From Chloroflexota bacterium (GTDB lineage: Bacteria > Chloroflexota > Dormibacteria > CF-121): DNA of 64,000 bases. Where the stretch lies: assembly GCA_005882775.1 (NCBI GenBank), contig VBDY01000122.1, forward strand, positions 9,317 to 73,316, in the 5' to 3' direction. The notes below the pieces were generated by a model. The model had not been told where the DNA came from and did not search any database. It saw only the letters and a program-made list of their open reading frames with translations. The translations under genes and the position numbers were made by a program. Positions 35,705 to 44,578 of the stretch are shown here, piece by piece. Position 1 is the stretch's first letter, and every line of letters starts with the position of its first letter.

Positions 35705-35779
35705 AACTCCTCCCTGTGGACAAGCTGATAAGGGCTGGATTCGAACGCTGCGGGCAGTACCCGCCCGTTTTCCCTGCGT

Positions 35780-35808
35780 GTTATAGCATCGCGGTTGCGC
35801 AAAGACAA
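35780..35808 (-). promoter_or_regulatory. Putative sigma-70-type promoter for the histone-like gene (TTGTCT-17-TATAAC on minus strand)
   Basis: Reverse complement reads cTTGTCTttgcgcaaccgcgatgcTATAACac, ~70 nt upstream of the ATG. Confidence 0.3.
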
Positions 35809-35828
35809 GCCAGGTTGGCGGGCCGGGT

Positions 35829-37409
35829 CTAGAAGCCGAGAACGGTGCTGGTTCCAGGCCGAGGGTCCCCGGCGCCGGTGAGTCCATCCGCCCCGATCTG
35901 AATCAGTTGCGCGGCGCCCCCGGCGGCCCAGTCGCCCGTCAACTCGACCTGATGACCGCGCCGGCGAAGCCCCGCAGCGGTCTCCTCGCCGAAGCGCCCC
36001 TCCAGCCGCAGCCAGGCCTGGTTCACCTCGGTCTGATCGCCCATCGTCCATCGCGGCCAGTCCACCGCCTCCCGGGGACCGGCGCCCCGATCCAGCAGGG
36101 TGCTGATGAGCTGGAGGTTGATCTGGACCTGCCAGAAGGAGCCGGGGGTGCCACCCACGTAGCGTGGCTCCCCGCCATCAAGCAGCATCCAGGAGTTCAG
36201 CGTGTGCATGGGACGGCGCCCGGGCCCGAGCACGTTGGGACTCGATGCGTCGAAGGAGAAGCACCGCATTCGGTTGTTGAGCAGGACTCCGGTCTCTCCC
36301 GCCACCACGCCATTCCCGCCGTAGAGGCTGTGGATGTAGGAGACCACGTTGCGGTGCGAATCCACCACGCACAGATAGGTGGTGTCTGCGCCGGCTTGTG
36401 TGGGCACTCCGGTTGGGGCGGCCCGACCGGGATCGAGACGACCAGCCATCTCATCCGCTCGACCGCCGGACAGCAGCGCCCTGACATCGACGTCCACAAA
36501 GCGAGGGTCGCCCAACGCCTCGAGGCGCCGCGCCAGGGCCAGCTTGTGGGCTTCGACCTGCAGGTGGACGGTCTGGTCTGATGGCGCCTTCGCCAGCTCG
36601 AATCGATCGAGAATGGCCAGTGCCATCAGCACGATGATTCCTTGCGACACCGGAGGTTGCTCGAGTACGTCCAGCCCCCGGTATCGCACAGTCAGGGGAG
36701 GGATTACCTCGGATCGGTGTTCCGAAAAGTCCGTCCGGCTGAAGAGTCCACCCGCGTCTGAAGAAGCCGCAACCATGGCCTCGGCCACCTCTCCCCGGTA
36801 GAAAGCATCCGGGCCACCTCGGCTGATCGCTCGCAGGGTCCGAGCGAGATCCGGCTGCTTGAGCAGGTCTCCAGCGCCCGGAGGCCGGCCGGCCGGAAGA
36901 AAAATCGCCGCGGTCTCCGGAAACCGGCTCGAGACCTGGGCCATCTCGGCGTTCAAGGCGGCTTGCCTTTCGCTAAGTGCGAAGCCGCTCTCCGCGTAAT
37001 GGATGGCCGGCTCCAGCAGGCTGGCAAGTGGGCGAGTGCCAAACCTCTTTGCCGCCACCGCCCAGGCATCGACCAGGCCGGGCACCGTGGCTGCCAACCA
37101 ACCTGCCTGCGGTATCCCACCGACCTCGCGGTAGCGCGCCAGGGTGGCAGCGGCCGGAGCCGCGCCGCTGCCATTGATCGCCCAGCTCTCCCCCGAGCCG
37201 GTGCGGATCAGAAGGAAGCCATCGCCACCGAGCTGGCCGCTCCATGGCTCGACCACGGTGAGGACGGCCCCTGCGGCAATTGCCGCGTCGACTGCGTTAC
37301 CTCCCTGCCGCAGCACCTCCAGCCCGGCCGCGCTCGCCAGTGGGTTGACGGTAGCGATCATCGCGCTGGGGGCGCGGGCCGGCTCCTGGGCTGGCCAGCC
37401 CTGCCTCAA
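35829..37409 (-). CDS. ggt: Gamma-glutamyltranspeptidase
   Basis: TTYLCVVD, the catalytic Thr context, and a GGNG-like motif. A TTG at 37409 overlaps the upstream stop (TTGA); the alternative ATG is at 37361 (MIATVNPL). Confidence 0.85.
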   Translation of the reverse strand: MRQGWPAQEPARAPSAMIATVNPLASAAGLEVLRQGGNAVDAAIAAGAVLTVVEPWSGQLGGDGFLLIRTGSGESWAINGSGAAPAAATLARYREVGGIPQAGWLAATVPGLVDAWAVAAKRFGTRPLASLLEPAIHYAESGFALSERQAALNAEMAQVSSRFPETAAIFLPAGRPPGAGDLLKQPDLARTLRAISRGGPDAFYRGEVAEAMVAASSDAGGLFSRTDFSEHRSEVIPPLTVRYRGLDVLEQPPVSQGIIVLMALAILDRFELAKAPSDQTVHLQVEAHKLALARRLEALGDPRFVDVDVRALLSGGRADEMAGRLDPGRAAPTGVPTQAGADTTYLCVVDSHRNVVSYIHSLYGGNGVVAGETGVLLNNRMRCFSFDASSPNVLGPGRRPMHTLNSWMLLDGGEPRYVGGTPGSFWQVQINLQLISTLLDRGAGPREAVDWPRWTMGDQTEVNQAWLRLEGRFGEETAAGLRRRGHQVELTGDWAAGGAAQLIQIGADGLTGAGDPRPGTSTVLGF

Positions 37410-38197
37410 TGGGCGTCGAGCCAGCGGGCCACGTCCTGGTTGAGCCGGTCCTTCTCGAGGTCGACCGTGATGGCGTGACCCGACCGCTCGAACCAGCGAA
37501 GTGTCTTGTCGGTCGAGCCCAGGCGCTCCAGGATGAATGGCGCGTTCTCCGTCGCCACCGTGCGGTCGTGGCGTCCATGGAGCACCAGCGTCGGGACGCG
37601 TACCCGGGGAAGCTCGTCTTCCAGGATCCGCAAAAACTGGAGCAGGCTTTCGATGCAGACGGTCGGCCGGCGGGCATAGCTGTGCAGGGTAAGGACTGCC
37701 TCCCTGTCACCAAGATCCACGTCGTCTCCGGGCACGTGCCAGCGGACCAGGTACTTGAGTCCTCGCAACATGCGCAGTCGCCAATCCCGAAAGAACCGGG
37801 GCGAGCCCATTGCACCCATGGCGACCACGCCGCGGATGCCGGAATGGTTGGCCGCCAGGTGCAAAGCCATGCTGCCCCCCAGGGACTGTCCAGCCACGAA
37901 GACCGATCCGCAATCGCCCTGCAAGCTGGCCAGGGATTGCTCGGCTGTACGTGCCCAGTCACGCCAACGGGTCCGGGCCATCGCCTCCGGGGTCAGGCCG
38001 TGCCCGGCGAAGACCGGCGCCATCACGTCGTAGCCACGGCTGGCCAGGTGCTCAGCCAGCTCGCGTACTTCCGGGGGGGTCCCCGCGAATCCGTGCATGA
38101 GCAGGCAGCCACGCGTCCCGCCGCGCAGCCGAAAGGCCTGCAGGTGGCTCGGCTCGGTCGGGCTGCTCCAGATCGATCCGGTGGTTCGAACTGCCAT
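37406..38197 (-). CDS. Alpha/beta-hydrolase (carboxylesterase-like)
   Basis: GQSLGG nucleophile elbow, with HG and D..H triad contexts. The start is chosen at MAVRTTG (the ORF is open to 38230). Confidence 0.75.
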   Translation of the reverse strand: MAVRTTGSIWSSPTEPSHLQAFRLRGGTRGCLLMHGFAGTPPEVRELAEHLASRGYDVMAPVFAGHGLTPEAMARTRWRDWARTAEQSLASLQGDCGSVFVAGQSLGGSMALHLAANHSGIRGVVAMGAMGSPRFFRDWRLRMLRGLKYLVRWHVPGDDVDLGDREAVLTLHSYARRPTVCIESLLQFLRILEDELPRVRVPTLVLHGRHDRTVATENAPFILERLGSTDKTLRWFERSGHAITVDLEKDRLNQDVARWLDAH

Positions 38198-38277
38198 CAG
38201 CTTCGAGTTTACGGGCCCCAGCGGGCGCAAGTTCGATCGGCAGAGCCCGGTTATACGGCCTGAGGGGTGATGACCTG

Positions 38278-38598
38278 ATGGCAGTCGTGGGATGGGTGGT
38301 GGCCCTGGTGCTGGGCATCGTGCTGGCCCTGTTCTCCGTGCAGAACCAGCAGGCCGCCTCTGTCAACCTCTTCGGCGCTGTCTACGACAACATCCCTACC
38401 TGGGTGGTGATGCTTGGCGCCGCGACCCTCGGCGCCCTGATGGTGATCGTCATCAGCGTGGTTGACCGGCTTCGCTGGTTTGTCAGCAGCCGTCAGAGCA
38501 AAAAGCTACTCACCGAGCACAAAAAGATGATCGTCCAGCGTGACAACCGGATTCACGAGCTGGAGCAAGAGGTCTTCAGGCTCCGCGGAGCCGCGTGA
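38278..38598 (+). CDS. LapA-like (DUF1049) membrane protein
   Basis: Two TM helices followed by a basic coiled-coil tail. Confidence 0.5.
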   Translation: MAVVGWVVALVLGIVLALFSVQNQQAASVNLFGAVYDNIPTWVVMLGAATLGALMVIVISVVDRLRWFVSSRQSKKLLTEHKKMIVQRDNRIHELEQEVFRLRGAA

Positions 38599-38608
38599 CC
38601 ATCAGCCG

Positions 38609-39028
38609 ATGACTCTTAAGGCCTGTCCGCAGTGCGGCTATCGCTACAATGCGCCCGAAAACCAGACCTGCGGGAAATGCAAGGGCTGGCTCGGCGGTGC
38701 CGCAGCAGCGGCGGCGGCGGCGCCGGCGCCGCGTCGATCGCTGATCCCCCAGACCATACCCGAGGCTCTCTGCTACCTGGCCCTCCCGGTGGGCGCCCTG
38801 TTCGGTTGGCCGTTGCCTTTCGGGGCCGCCTTTGGCCTGGTGGCGGCGGGCTTGATGGTGAAAGTTGTTCGGCTCGATATGGAGCGCTTTTCAAAAGGGC
38901 TGCTGCTGGGCATCGTGGCGGCCGGGATCTTCTTCACCTACCTGATGTTCCTGCTCGTGTTCAGCTTCTTCTACGGCTTGCTTGAACCGGTCCTCCAACC
39001 GATAGTAGGAAGGGCTTTCAAGCACTAG
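38609..39028 (+). CDS. Zinc-ribbon plus membrane protein
   Basis: CPQCG...CGKC zinc ribbon, a poly-Ala linker, then three TM helices. Confidence 0.5.
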   Translation: MTLKACPQCGYRYNAPENQTCGKCKGWLGGAAAAAAAAPAPRRSLIPQTIPEALCYLALPVGALFGWPLPFGAAFGLVAAGLMVKVVRLDMERFSKGLLLGIVAAGIFFTYLMFLLVFSFFYGLLEPVLQPIVGRAFKH

Positions 39029-39086
39029 GCGAGGCCACCTGTCCTCGCGCTGGGCGGCTGCCCTCCCGGTCGCGCTTCTGGTTGCG

Positions 39087-40286
39087 GTGGTCAGCCTGCC
39101 GGCTTCGATTGGTCCGCGTGCCTCGCAGGCTGCTTCCGTCAGCATCGGCGTGAGGCAGGACAACTCCTTCCCTCTCCGGGGAAGGGCCAGGGTGGGGGAT
39201 CCCGCGCTCCTCTCACTCGACATGGCGGCGGGGCAGGTGGTGGCAGCCAGCTTCTTCGGCCCGCGGATCACCCCCGGCCTTCGGCACCTGATCGTGGACG
39301 ACAAGGTGGGAGCCGTTCTGATCTTTCGTGACAACTTCACCGATGCCGCGGGACTCAAACAGCTGACCTCAGACCTGCAGGCATTGGGCCGCGAGGCCGG
39401 CCTGCCCGCACCGCTGCTGGTGACCGTGGACGAAGAGGGCGGTCGAGTGATGCGAATCACCGACGGTGTGGCGCCCTTGCCGGCGGCCGCCGAACTGGGC
39501 GCCCAGGGGCCCGCCGCGGTGCGGACCGCCACCGCCGCCACCGCCACCGGTCTGCACGGCCTCGGCATCCAGCTGGACCTGGCGCCGGTCGCGGACCTGC
39601 GTACCAATCCGGCAGACGCTGTGATCGGCGACCGCTCGTTCGGTTCGGATCCGGCCCGGGTGGGGCCGCTGGTGGCAGCGGCCGTGGGAGGCATGCACGA
39701 TGCCGGGATCGCGGCGACTCTCAAGCATTTCCCGGGCCTGGGCGGCGCCGCCGGGGATCCCCACAGCGCCATACCCACAGACCCGGAATCGCTGGCACAG
39801 TGGCAGGCGACCCAGGCGCTCAGCTTCAAGGCGGGGATCGATGCCGGCGCGGACGCGGTCATGACCACCGCCGTTTATGTGCCCGGTCTCGACCCGAGCC
39901 GTGTCCCGGCGCTCTTCTCGCGCCCGGTGGTCACCGGTCTGCTACGCGAGCGGCTTGGCTTTCAGGGGGTGATCGTGAGCGATGGCCTGGGCATGGGCGG
40001 GATCACCGCCCGCTACTCGCTGCCACAAGCAACCGTGGCGGCACTGCAAGCCGGTAACGACCTGGTTCTGCTGAACAGCGGCGACCCGGGATACCAGGAG
40101 CAGGCGATCCTCGCGGTCAAGCGTGCGGTCGCCGGCGGCGTGATCCCGATGTCTCAGTTGCAGGATTCCGCTCAGAGGGTGATCGCGCTCCGGACTCGAT
40201 GGCCGGCCTGGGCCCCCGCGCCCGACGACCAACCGCCCGCATACGAGCCGAAATCTTCGGAAGTCGTGATCGGACACCGCTACTGA
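39087..40286 (+). CDS. Glycoside hydrolase family 3 beta-N-acetylhexosaminidase (NagZ-like)
   Basis: KHFPGLGG with a D/H catalytic context and VSDGLGMGG. Confidence 0.8.
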   Translation: MVSLPASIGPRASQAASVSIGVRQDNSFPLRGRARVGDPALLSLDMAAGQVVAASFFGPRITPGLRHLIVDDKVGAVLIFRDNFTDAAGLKQLTSDLQALGREAGLPAPLLVTVDEEGGRVMRITDGVAPLPAAAELGAQGPAAVRTATAATATGLHGLGIQLDLAPVADLRTNPADAVIGDRSFGSDPARVGPLVAAAVGGMHDAGIAATLKHFPGLGGAAGDPHSAIPTDPESLAQWQATQALSFKAGIDAGADAVMTTAVYVPGLDPSRVPALFSRPVVTGLLRERLGFQGVIVSDGLGMGGITARYSLPQATVAALQAGNDLVLLNSGDPGYQEQAILAVKRAVAGGVIPMSQLQDSAQRVIALRTRWPAWAPAPDDQPPAYEPKSSEVVIGHRY

Positions 40287-40300
40287 GTTCCCAGGCAAGG

Positions 40301-41233
40301 TCAGCTACCGAGCAGGGGCTCGATGACCGGCGCCATCGCCTCCATGTTTTTCTCGAACACCGTGACGTAGGAAATCCGCAGCCGGTCCCTGATCCGGCGC
40401 AACTTCTGCCGGATCTGGTCCCCGGTGCCGATCAGCAAGAGGGGAGACTCGAGGATCTCGTCGACGCCCAGCTTCCAATCGCCTATCAGCTTTGCGGCCG
40501 CGCCGGCTGCGTCATCTGTGACGATCACCTCCTGGACCAGGGTATTGAACTCGAGCTCTTCAAAGCGGGAGCCGGCCGCATCGCGTATCACCTCGAGCTT
40601 GTGATCGAATGCCGCCGCGGTCGCGTCCCCATCCTCGAGTGCCGACCCGTCTCGTTTTGAGCGGGGCATGATGCTGATGATGTCGGCCTGTGCGGCGGCG
40701 ATGGTCAGCAAGCGGGTGCCGCCTCCGCCGATCAGGATCGGTGGGTGCGGTTGCTGGATCGGCTTGCAGGTCCCCTCCAGTCCGCTGACGGTGTAATGCT
40801 TTCCGTTCAAGGTCACCGCTTGGTCACCGAAGAGGCCCTTGATGATTGTGAGCGCCTCCGCCATCCGGTCGACCCGAGCGCCGCCATCGACGAATGGGAT
40901 CCCTGTTTTGTCGTACTCCTCGCGCATCCATCCGGCGCCGATCCCGAACTCGAACCGGCCCGCGGTCAGGACGTCGACGGTGGCCGCCTCCTGGGCAAGG
41001 ACGGCGGGATGCCGGAAGTCGTTGTCGAAGACGAAGCTGCCCACCCGCAGCCTGGTGGTGACCTCGGCGGCCAGCACCAGCGCCGGCCCGACCGACATCC
41101 GGGTGCCGATCAGATGGTCGGGCATGACCAGGCTGGAAAAGCCGAGTGCCTCGGCCCGACGAGCCTTGGTCACCCACTCCGCCTTCGACCCCGCGCCTCT
41201 CATCGAGACACCGAAGCGGAACGGTTTGCTCAC
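40301..41233 (-). CDS. LLM-class (luciferase-like) F420-dependent oxidoreductase
   Basis: LLM fold (GFSSLVMPDHLIG...GRFEFGIGAGW). The GTG start overlaps the ogt stop (GTGA). Confidence 0.8.
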   Translation of the reverse strand: MSKPFRFGVSMRGAGSKAEWVTKARRAEALGFSSLVMPDHLIGTRMSVGPALVLAAEVTTRLRVGSFVFDNDFRHPAVLAQEAATVDVLTAGRFEFGIGAGWMREEYDKTGIPFVDGGARVDRMAEALTIIKGLFGDQAVTLNGKHYTVSGLEGTCKPIQQPHPPILIGGGGTRLLTIAAAQADIISIMPRSKRDGSALEDGDATAAAFDHKLEVIRDAAGSRFEELEFNTLVQEVIVTDDAAGAAAKLIGDWKLGVDEILESPLLLIGTGDQIRQKLRRIRDRLRISYVTVFEKNMEAMAPVIEPLLGS

Positions 41234-41865
41234 GCAATCACGAATCCAGCCCGTTGCACCCGCACATCGATTCCCTCCCAGCGAAGGATCCGAGCCTTGA
41301 CCTCGCTGCCGCCACCCGAGTACTCGCCGAGCACCCGGTCGGTGCGGACGACCCGGTGGCATGGGATCAGGATGGGGACCGGGTTGCGTGCCAGGGCGGT
41401 GCCCACTGCGCGTGCCGCGGCGGGCGCGCCGATCTGGACGGCCACCGCGCTGTAAGACCTGACCTGGCCGCGCGGGATGGCGCGGGTGGCATCCAGCACG
41501 CGCCGCTGGAATTTGCCCAGGCGCCCGGTGTCAACCGGATAGTCGAAGCGCGACCCTCCCTCGACCAGCGCGTGAATCGCGGTCCGAAGAGCGACCGGCG
41601 CGTCGGCCCGGCTGGGCTGATAGCCCATGTCCAGGATCCGACCCTCGAAGTTGATGCCGTGTCCACCAACCTGAGACAGGAGGACCGCGTCATCGAAGGC
41701 CACGAAAAGGGTGCCCACCGGCAGGAGAAACTCCGCGTAGCGGAGCCGGCCACCGGCCGGCTTGAACGGCCGCTCCAGGGCCCGGCCGACGAAATCCGCT
41801 TTCACCGATGGCGCCTCAAGCGCTCCGATCAACGCGTGCAGGACGTCTGTATCGCTACCGCTCAC
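41230..41865 (-). CDS. ogt: Methylated-DNA-protein-cysteine methyltransferase
   Basis: PCHRVV active-site motif. The GTG start overlaps the sigma-factor stop (GTGA), with a GGAGGGAGG SD inside the upstream gene. Confidence 0.8.
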   Translation of the reverse strand: MSGSDTDVLHALIGALEAPSVKADFVGRALERPFKPAGGRLRYAEFLLPVGTLFVAFDDAVLLSQVGGHGINFEGRILDMGYQPSRADAPVALRTAIHALVEGGSRFDYPVDTGRLGKFQRRVLDATRAIPRGQVRSYSAVAVQIGAPAAARAVGTALARNPVPILIPCHRVVRTDRVLGEYSGGGSEVKARILRWEGIDVRVQRAGFVIA

Positions 41866-42437
41866 TGATAACCTCCCTCCACGATGTCGTCGGGCAATGC
41901 TGCCCGAACGCGGCGCGTGCCGCGATGAATCCATGCCTTGATGGTCCCGCTGGGGCGGTCGAGGATCTGCGCGATCTCCTCCGGTGGGTAACCGGCGTGA
42001 TGGCGGAGCAGGATCGCCGCGCGCCAGTCCCTGGGGAGCTTTCGCAGCTCTGCATCGACCACAGATAGCAGGGCGCGCCGTCCGGCCGTTTCCTCGGCGT
42101 CGGGGCTGTGGCCCGCCTCCAGCGATAGACCGACGGGGACTTCACGCCGCTGCCGGCCCATCCGGCGCAACCGGTTGATCACCGATCGAAAGAGCCACGG
42201 CCGGATGTCCAGCTGCGAAAGCTGATCCGCGGGTTTACGCTGGAGCGTCTGAAACGCCTGGCTCAGGACATCCTGGAGCGCATCCTCACCGGCCGCGTGG
42301 TCCGGGGCGACCCGGACGGCGAAGGCGAGCAGGCCCGAAAGATGTGGGCGGACGAGTGTGCCGAAAGCCTCCCGATCGCCCGAGGCGACCTGCTCTAGCA
42401 GGGTTTCCTCGCCGGCCGCGGTCGCTGTCACCACCAT
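41862..42437 (-). CDS. ECF-type RNA polymerase sigma-70 factor
   Basis: Region 2 (FGTLVRPHLSGLLAFAVRV) and region 4 HTH (GYPPEEIAQILDRPSGTIKAWIHRG). Confidence 0.85.
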   Translation of the reverse strand: MVVTATAAGEETLLEQVASGDREAFGTLVRPHLSGLLAFAVRVAPDHAAGEDALQDVLSQAFQTLQRKPADQLSQLDIRPWLFRSVINRLRRMGRQRREVPVGLSLEAGHSPDAEETAGRRALLSVVDAELRKLPRDWRAAILLRHHAGYPPEEIAQILDRPSGTIKAWIHRGTRRVRAALPDDIVEGGYQ

Positions 42438-42473
42438 GGGATACAGTCGTTGAGGCCCGGTCTGGTTGCGGGG

Positions 42474-43385
42474 CTAGCTGCTGGCGGCCGCCGCGGTCGA
42501 GGCGGGGGCGACGCCCCGCTCATCCCGCACCAACCAGTTGAGCGCGTTCACGTAAGCCTTGACTGCCGCCTCGAGCACATCCACGGACACGGCTTTCCCA
42601 AGCACCACCCGGCTCCCCTGGCTCAGGGTGACAACCGCCTCGCCCAGGGCGTCGCTACCGCGGGTGGCGGCGGCCAGGCTGAAGTCTTCGAGCTCGGGCG
42701 CAAGCCCGGTGATTTCCTGGACGGCGCGAAACGCCGCGTCCAGGGAGCCTGAGCCTGAGGCGCTCGCGCTCCGCAGCTCGCCGTCGATCTCGAGGGAAAC
42801 GGTGGCGGAGCTGGAAACCCCGCTCTCGGCGTGGACCTGGAACTCGATCAGGGCAAACCGCCCGGGTGCCGCCCGGCCAAGCGCCTCGTCGGCAGCCAGC
42901 CGCAGGTCTTCTGGGTAGAGGGCGCGTTTGCGCTCCGCCAGGTTGAGGACCAGGGAGTAGACCGCGCCCAGGTCTCCCTCTGCCAAATCGATCCCCATCG
43001 CCGACAGTTCCTCGGCCAACCGGCGGCGGCCGGCGGGGCTGCCAACCTGCCCGAACTGCGGAGCGTAGCCGATGTCGGCCGGATCGATGAACGCCGGCGC
43101 CAGCGACTTGGGACGGCGTGGCGGGCTGAAGGCGGCCCGCGGAAAGGCGCTGCGTACGTCTTCGATCCATCTCTCCCAGCCGGAGTAGTCCATGGTGGCG
43201 AGCATCGCGACGTAAGCGTCGAACCGCACCAGCAGGGCTGCGGGCTGGTCGTGGTGCTTGACGATCAAGCTGGTTCCGCTCTCCTCGAGCGCCTTGAGGA
43301 TGGGGTCGAGGTTTCGAGCGAGCTCCGAGGCGGGGATGACCTTTAACACGCCAGCCATCGTAGTCCCGTCCATGCGCTCGGTCAA
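42474..43385 (-). CDS. Fusion: Phd/YefM antitoxin-like N-domain plus LeuA allosteric (dimerisation) domain
   Basis: N-terminus VIPASELARNLDPILKALEESGTSLIVKHHDQPAALLV follows the Phd/YefM pattern. The C-terminus SGSGSLDAAFRAVQEITG...VVLGKAVSVDVLEAAVKAYVNALN resembles the LeuA C-terminal regulatory domain. No toxin gene is adjacent. The start may be the internal MAGVLK (43358). Confidence 0.7.
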   Translation of the reverse strand: MTERMDGTTMAGVLKVIPASELARNLDPILKALEESGTSLIVKHHDQPAALLVRFDAYVAMLATMDYSGWERWIEDVRSAFPRAAFSPPRRPKSLAPAFIDPADIGYAPQFGQVGSPAGRRRLAEELSAMGIDLAEGDLGAVYSLVLNLAERKRALYPEDLRLAADEALGRAAPGRFALIEFQVHAESGVSSSATVSLEIDGELRSASASGSGSLDAAFRAVQEITGLAPELEDFSLAAATRGSDALGEAVVTLSQGSRVVLGKAVSVDVLEAAVKAYVNALNWLVRDERGVAPASTAAAASS

Positions 43386-44565
43386 ACCCGAAACGGCAGG
43401 CCGCCCCTATGATCAGATCAGGCAGGTGCCCGCCCGAGCGACGACCGCGATTCTGCTTTCGGTGACGCTTGTCGCAGCCTGCCAACCGTCGTCGAGCTCC
43501 AGCCGCCAGACGCCTACGCCGACGGCGACCGCTGTCATGACCTGTCCGGCACGGGCCGCTTCCCCGGGAGGCCAGGTCATGCTTTCAGGCCTGGCGTCGC
43601 CGGACGACCTGGCCTTCGACGCTGAAGGCCGGCTGCTATTCGGCGACATCAAGAACGGCACCGTCTCGCGACTCAGCAGCACCGGGGTGGTCGAGCAAGT
43701 GGGGACCGGCCTGCAGGTGCCCGAGGGTATCGTGGCGCGACCTGACGGCCGGCTGCTGGTGGCCGAGCAGGGTCGCAACCGGATCGTGCTGCTCGATCCC
43801 TCAAACCAGGCTGTGACCCTCTGGCGGACGTTTGCAAACCGGACCGGCAAGGAGGGGATCGATGGTATCGGCCTGGACCCGCTCAGCGACGAGGTGATCG
43901 TGCCGGACAGCCCGAACGGAATTCTCTGGCGTGTCAGTCCGGACGGGGCGACCGCCCGCCGGATCGGAGCCGGCATGACCCGACCGGTCGGCACGGTCGT
44001 CGACCAGCAGGAGGCGGTGGTGGTCGCCGACGAGGGTGGGAGCGTCTGGAAATTCAGCGCCCCCTTCCAGCAGCGGCGGATTGCCAGGCTGCCCACACCG
44101 GATGACGTGGTGGTCGATCACGGCGGCAACCTGTTTATCAACACCCTGGGCGATGGGTCGATCCACATGATCGATCCGGCCGGCCACCAATCGGTGGTTC
44201 TGCGTGGCTTGCAGAGTCCGCAAGGACTGGCGCTCGACGGAGCCGACAACATTGTCTATACGGATACCGGCGGGTCGATTGGCCGGCTTGCCCGGACCTT
44301 CTTTCTGGACCGGCCCGTGGTCACCAAATCCGGCCAGGGGCTGGTAGTGATCTGTCCCGCGCTGCGGCGGGCTGGCGGATATACCGACCCACTCGAGTTG
44401 AGTGTGGTGCCGTCTACCGGCGTGACTGTGGTCAGCCTGGTTCAACCCAGCGGCGATCAGTCGGGCCAGGTCGAGGTCCGGCGGGCCGCCGGGGCGGCCG
44501 CCTTCGTCGACCTACGATTGCGGGCCGGCTTGCTTGAAATCCGGCAGCGCGTCCCGCTTCCCTGA
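43372..44565 (+). CDS. Beta-propeller lipoprotein (SMP-30/gluconolactonase/NHL-repeat-like)
   Basis: Lipobox LVAAC, and repeated blade motifs (DDLAFDAEGRLLFGD, PEGIVARPDGRLLVAEQGRNRIVLLD, PDDVVVDHGGNLFI, PQGLALDGADNIVYTD). Start position uncertain (43258-43372). Confidence 0.6.
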   Translation: MRSVKPETAGRPYDQIRQVPARATTAILLSVTLVAACQPSSSSSRQTPTPTATAVMTCPARAASPGGQVMLSGLASPDDLAFDAEGRLLFGDIKNGTVSRLSSTGVVEQVGTGLQVPEGIVARPDGRLLVAEQGRNRIVLLDPSNQAVTLWRTFANRTGKEGIDGIGLDPLSDEVIVPDSPNGILWRVSPDGATARRIGAGMTRPVGTVVDQQEAVVVADEGGSVWKFSAPFQQRRIARLPTPDDVVVDHGGNLFINTLGDGSIHMIDPAGHQSVVLRGLQSPQGLALDGADNIVYTDTGGSIGRLARTFFLDRPVVTKSGQGLVVICPALRRAGGYTDPLELSVVPSTGVTVVSLVQPSGDQSGQVEVRRAAGAAAFVDLRLRAGLLEIRQRVPLP

Positions 44566-44578
44566 GTAGACTTTCCAC

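Noticed and set aside
35736-35756. GTTCGAATCC-like sequence (tRNA T-loop lookalike; also checked as a LexA/Cheo-box half-site)
   Set aside because: There is no flanking acceptor or anticodon stems for a cloverleaf, and no GAAC-N4-GTTC partner. It is probably chance within the histone-like gene's upstream region.
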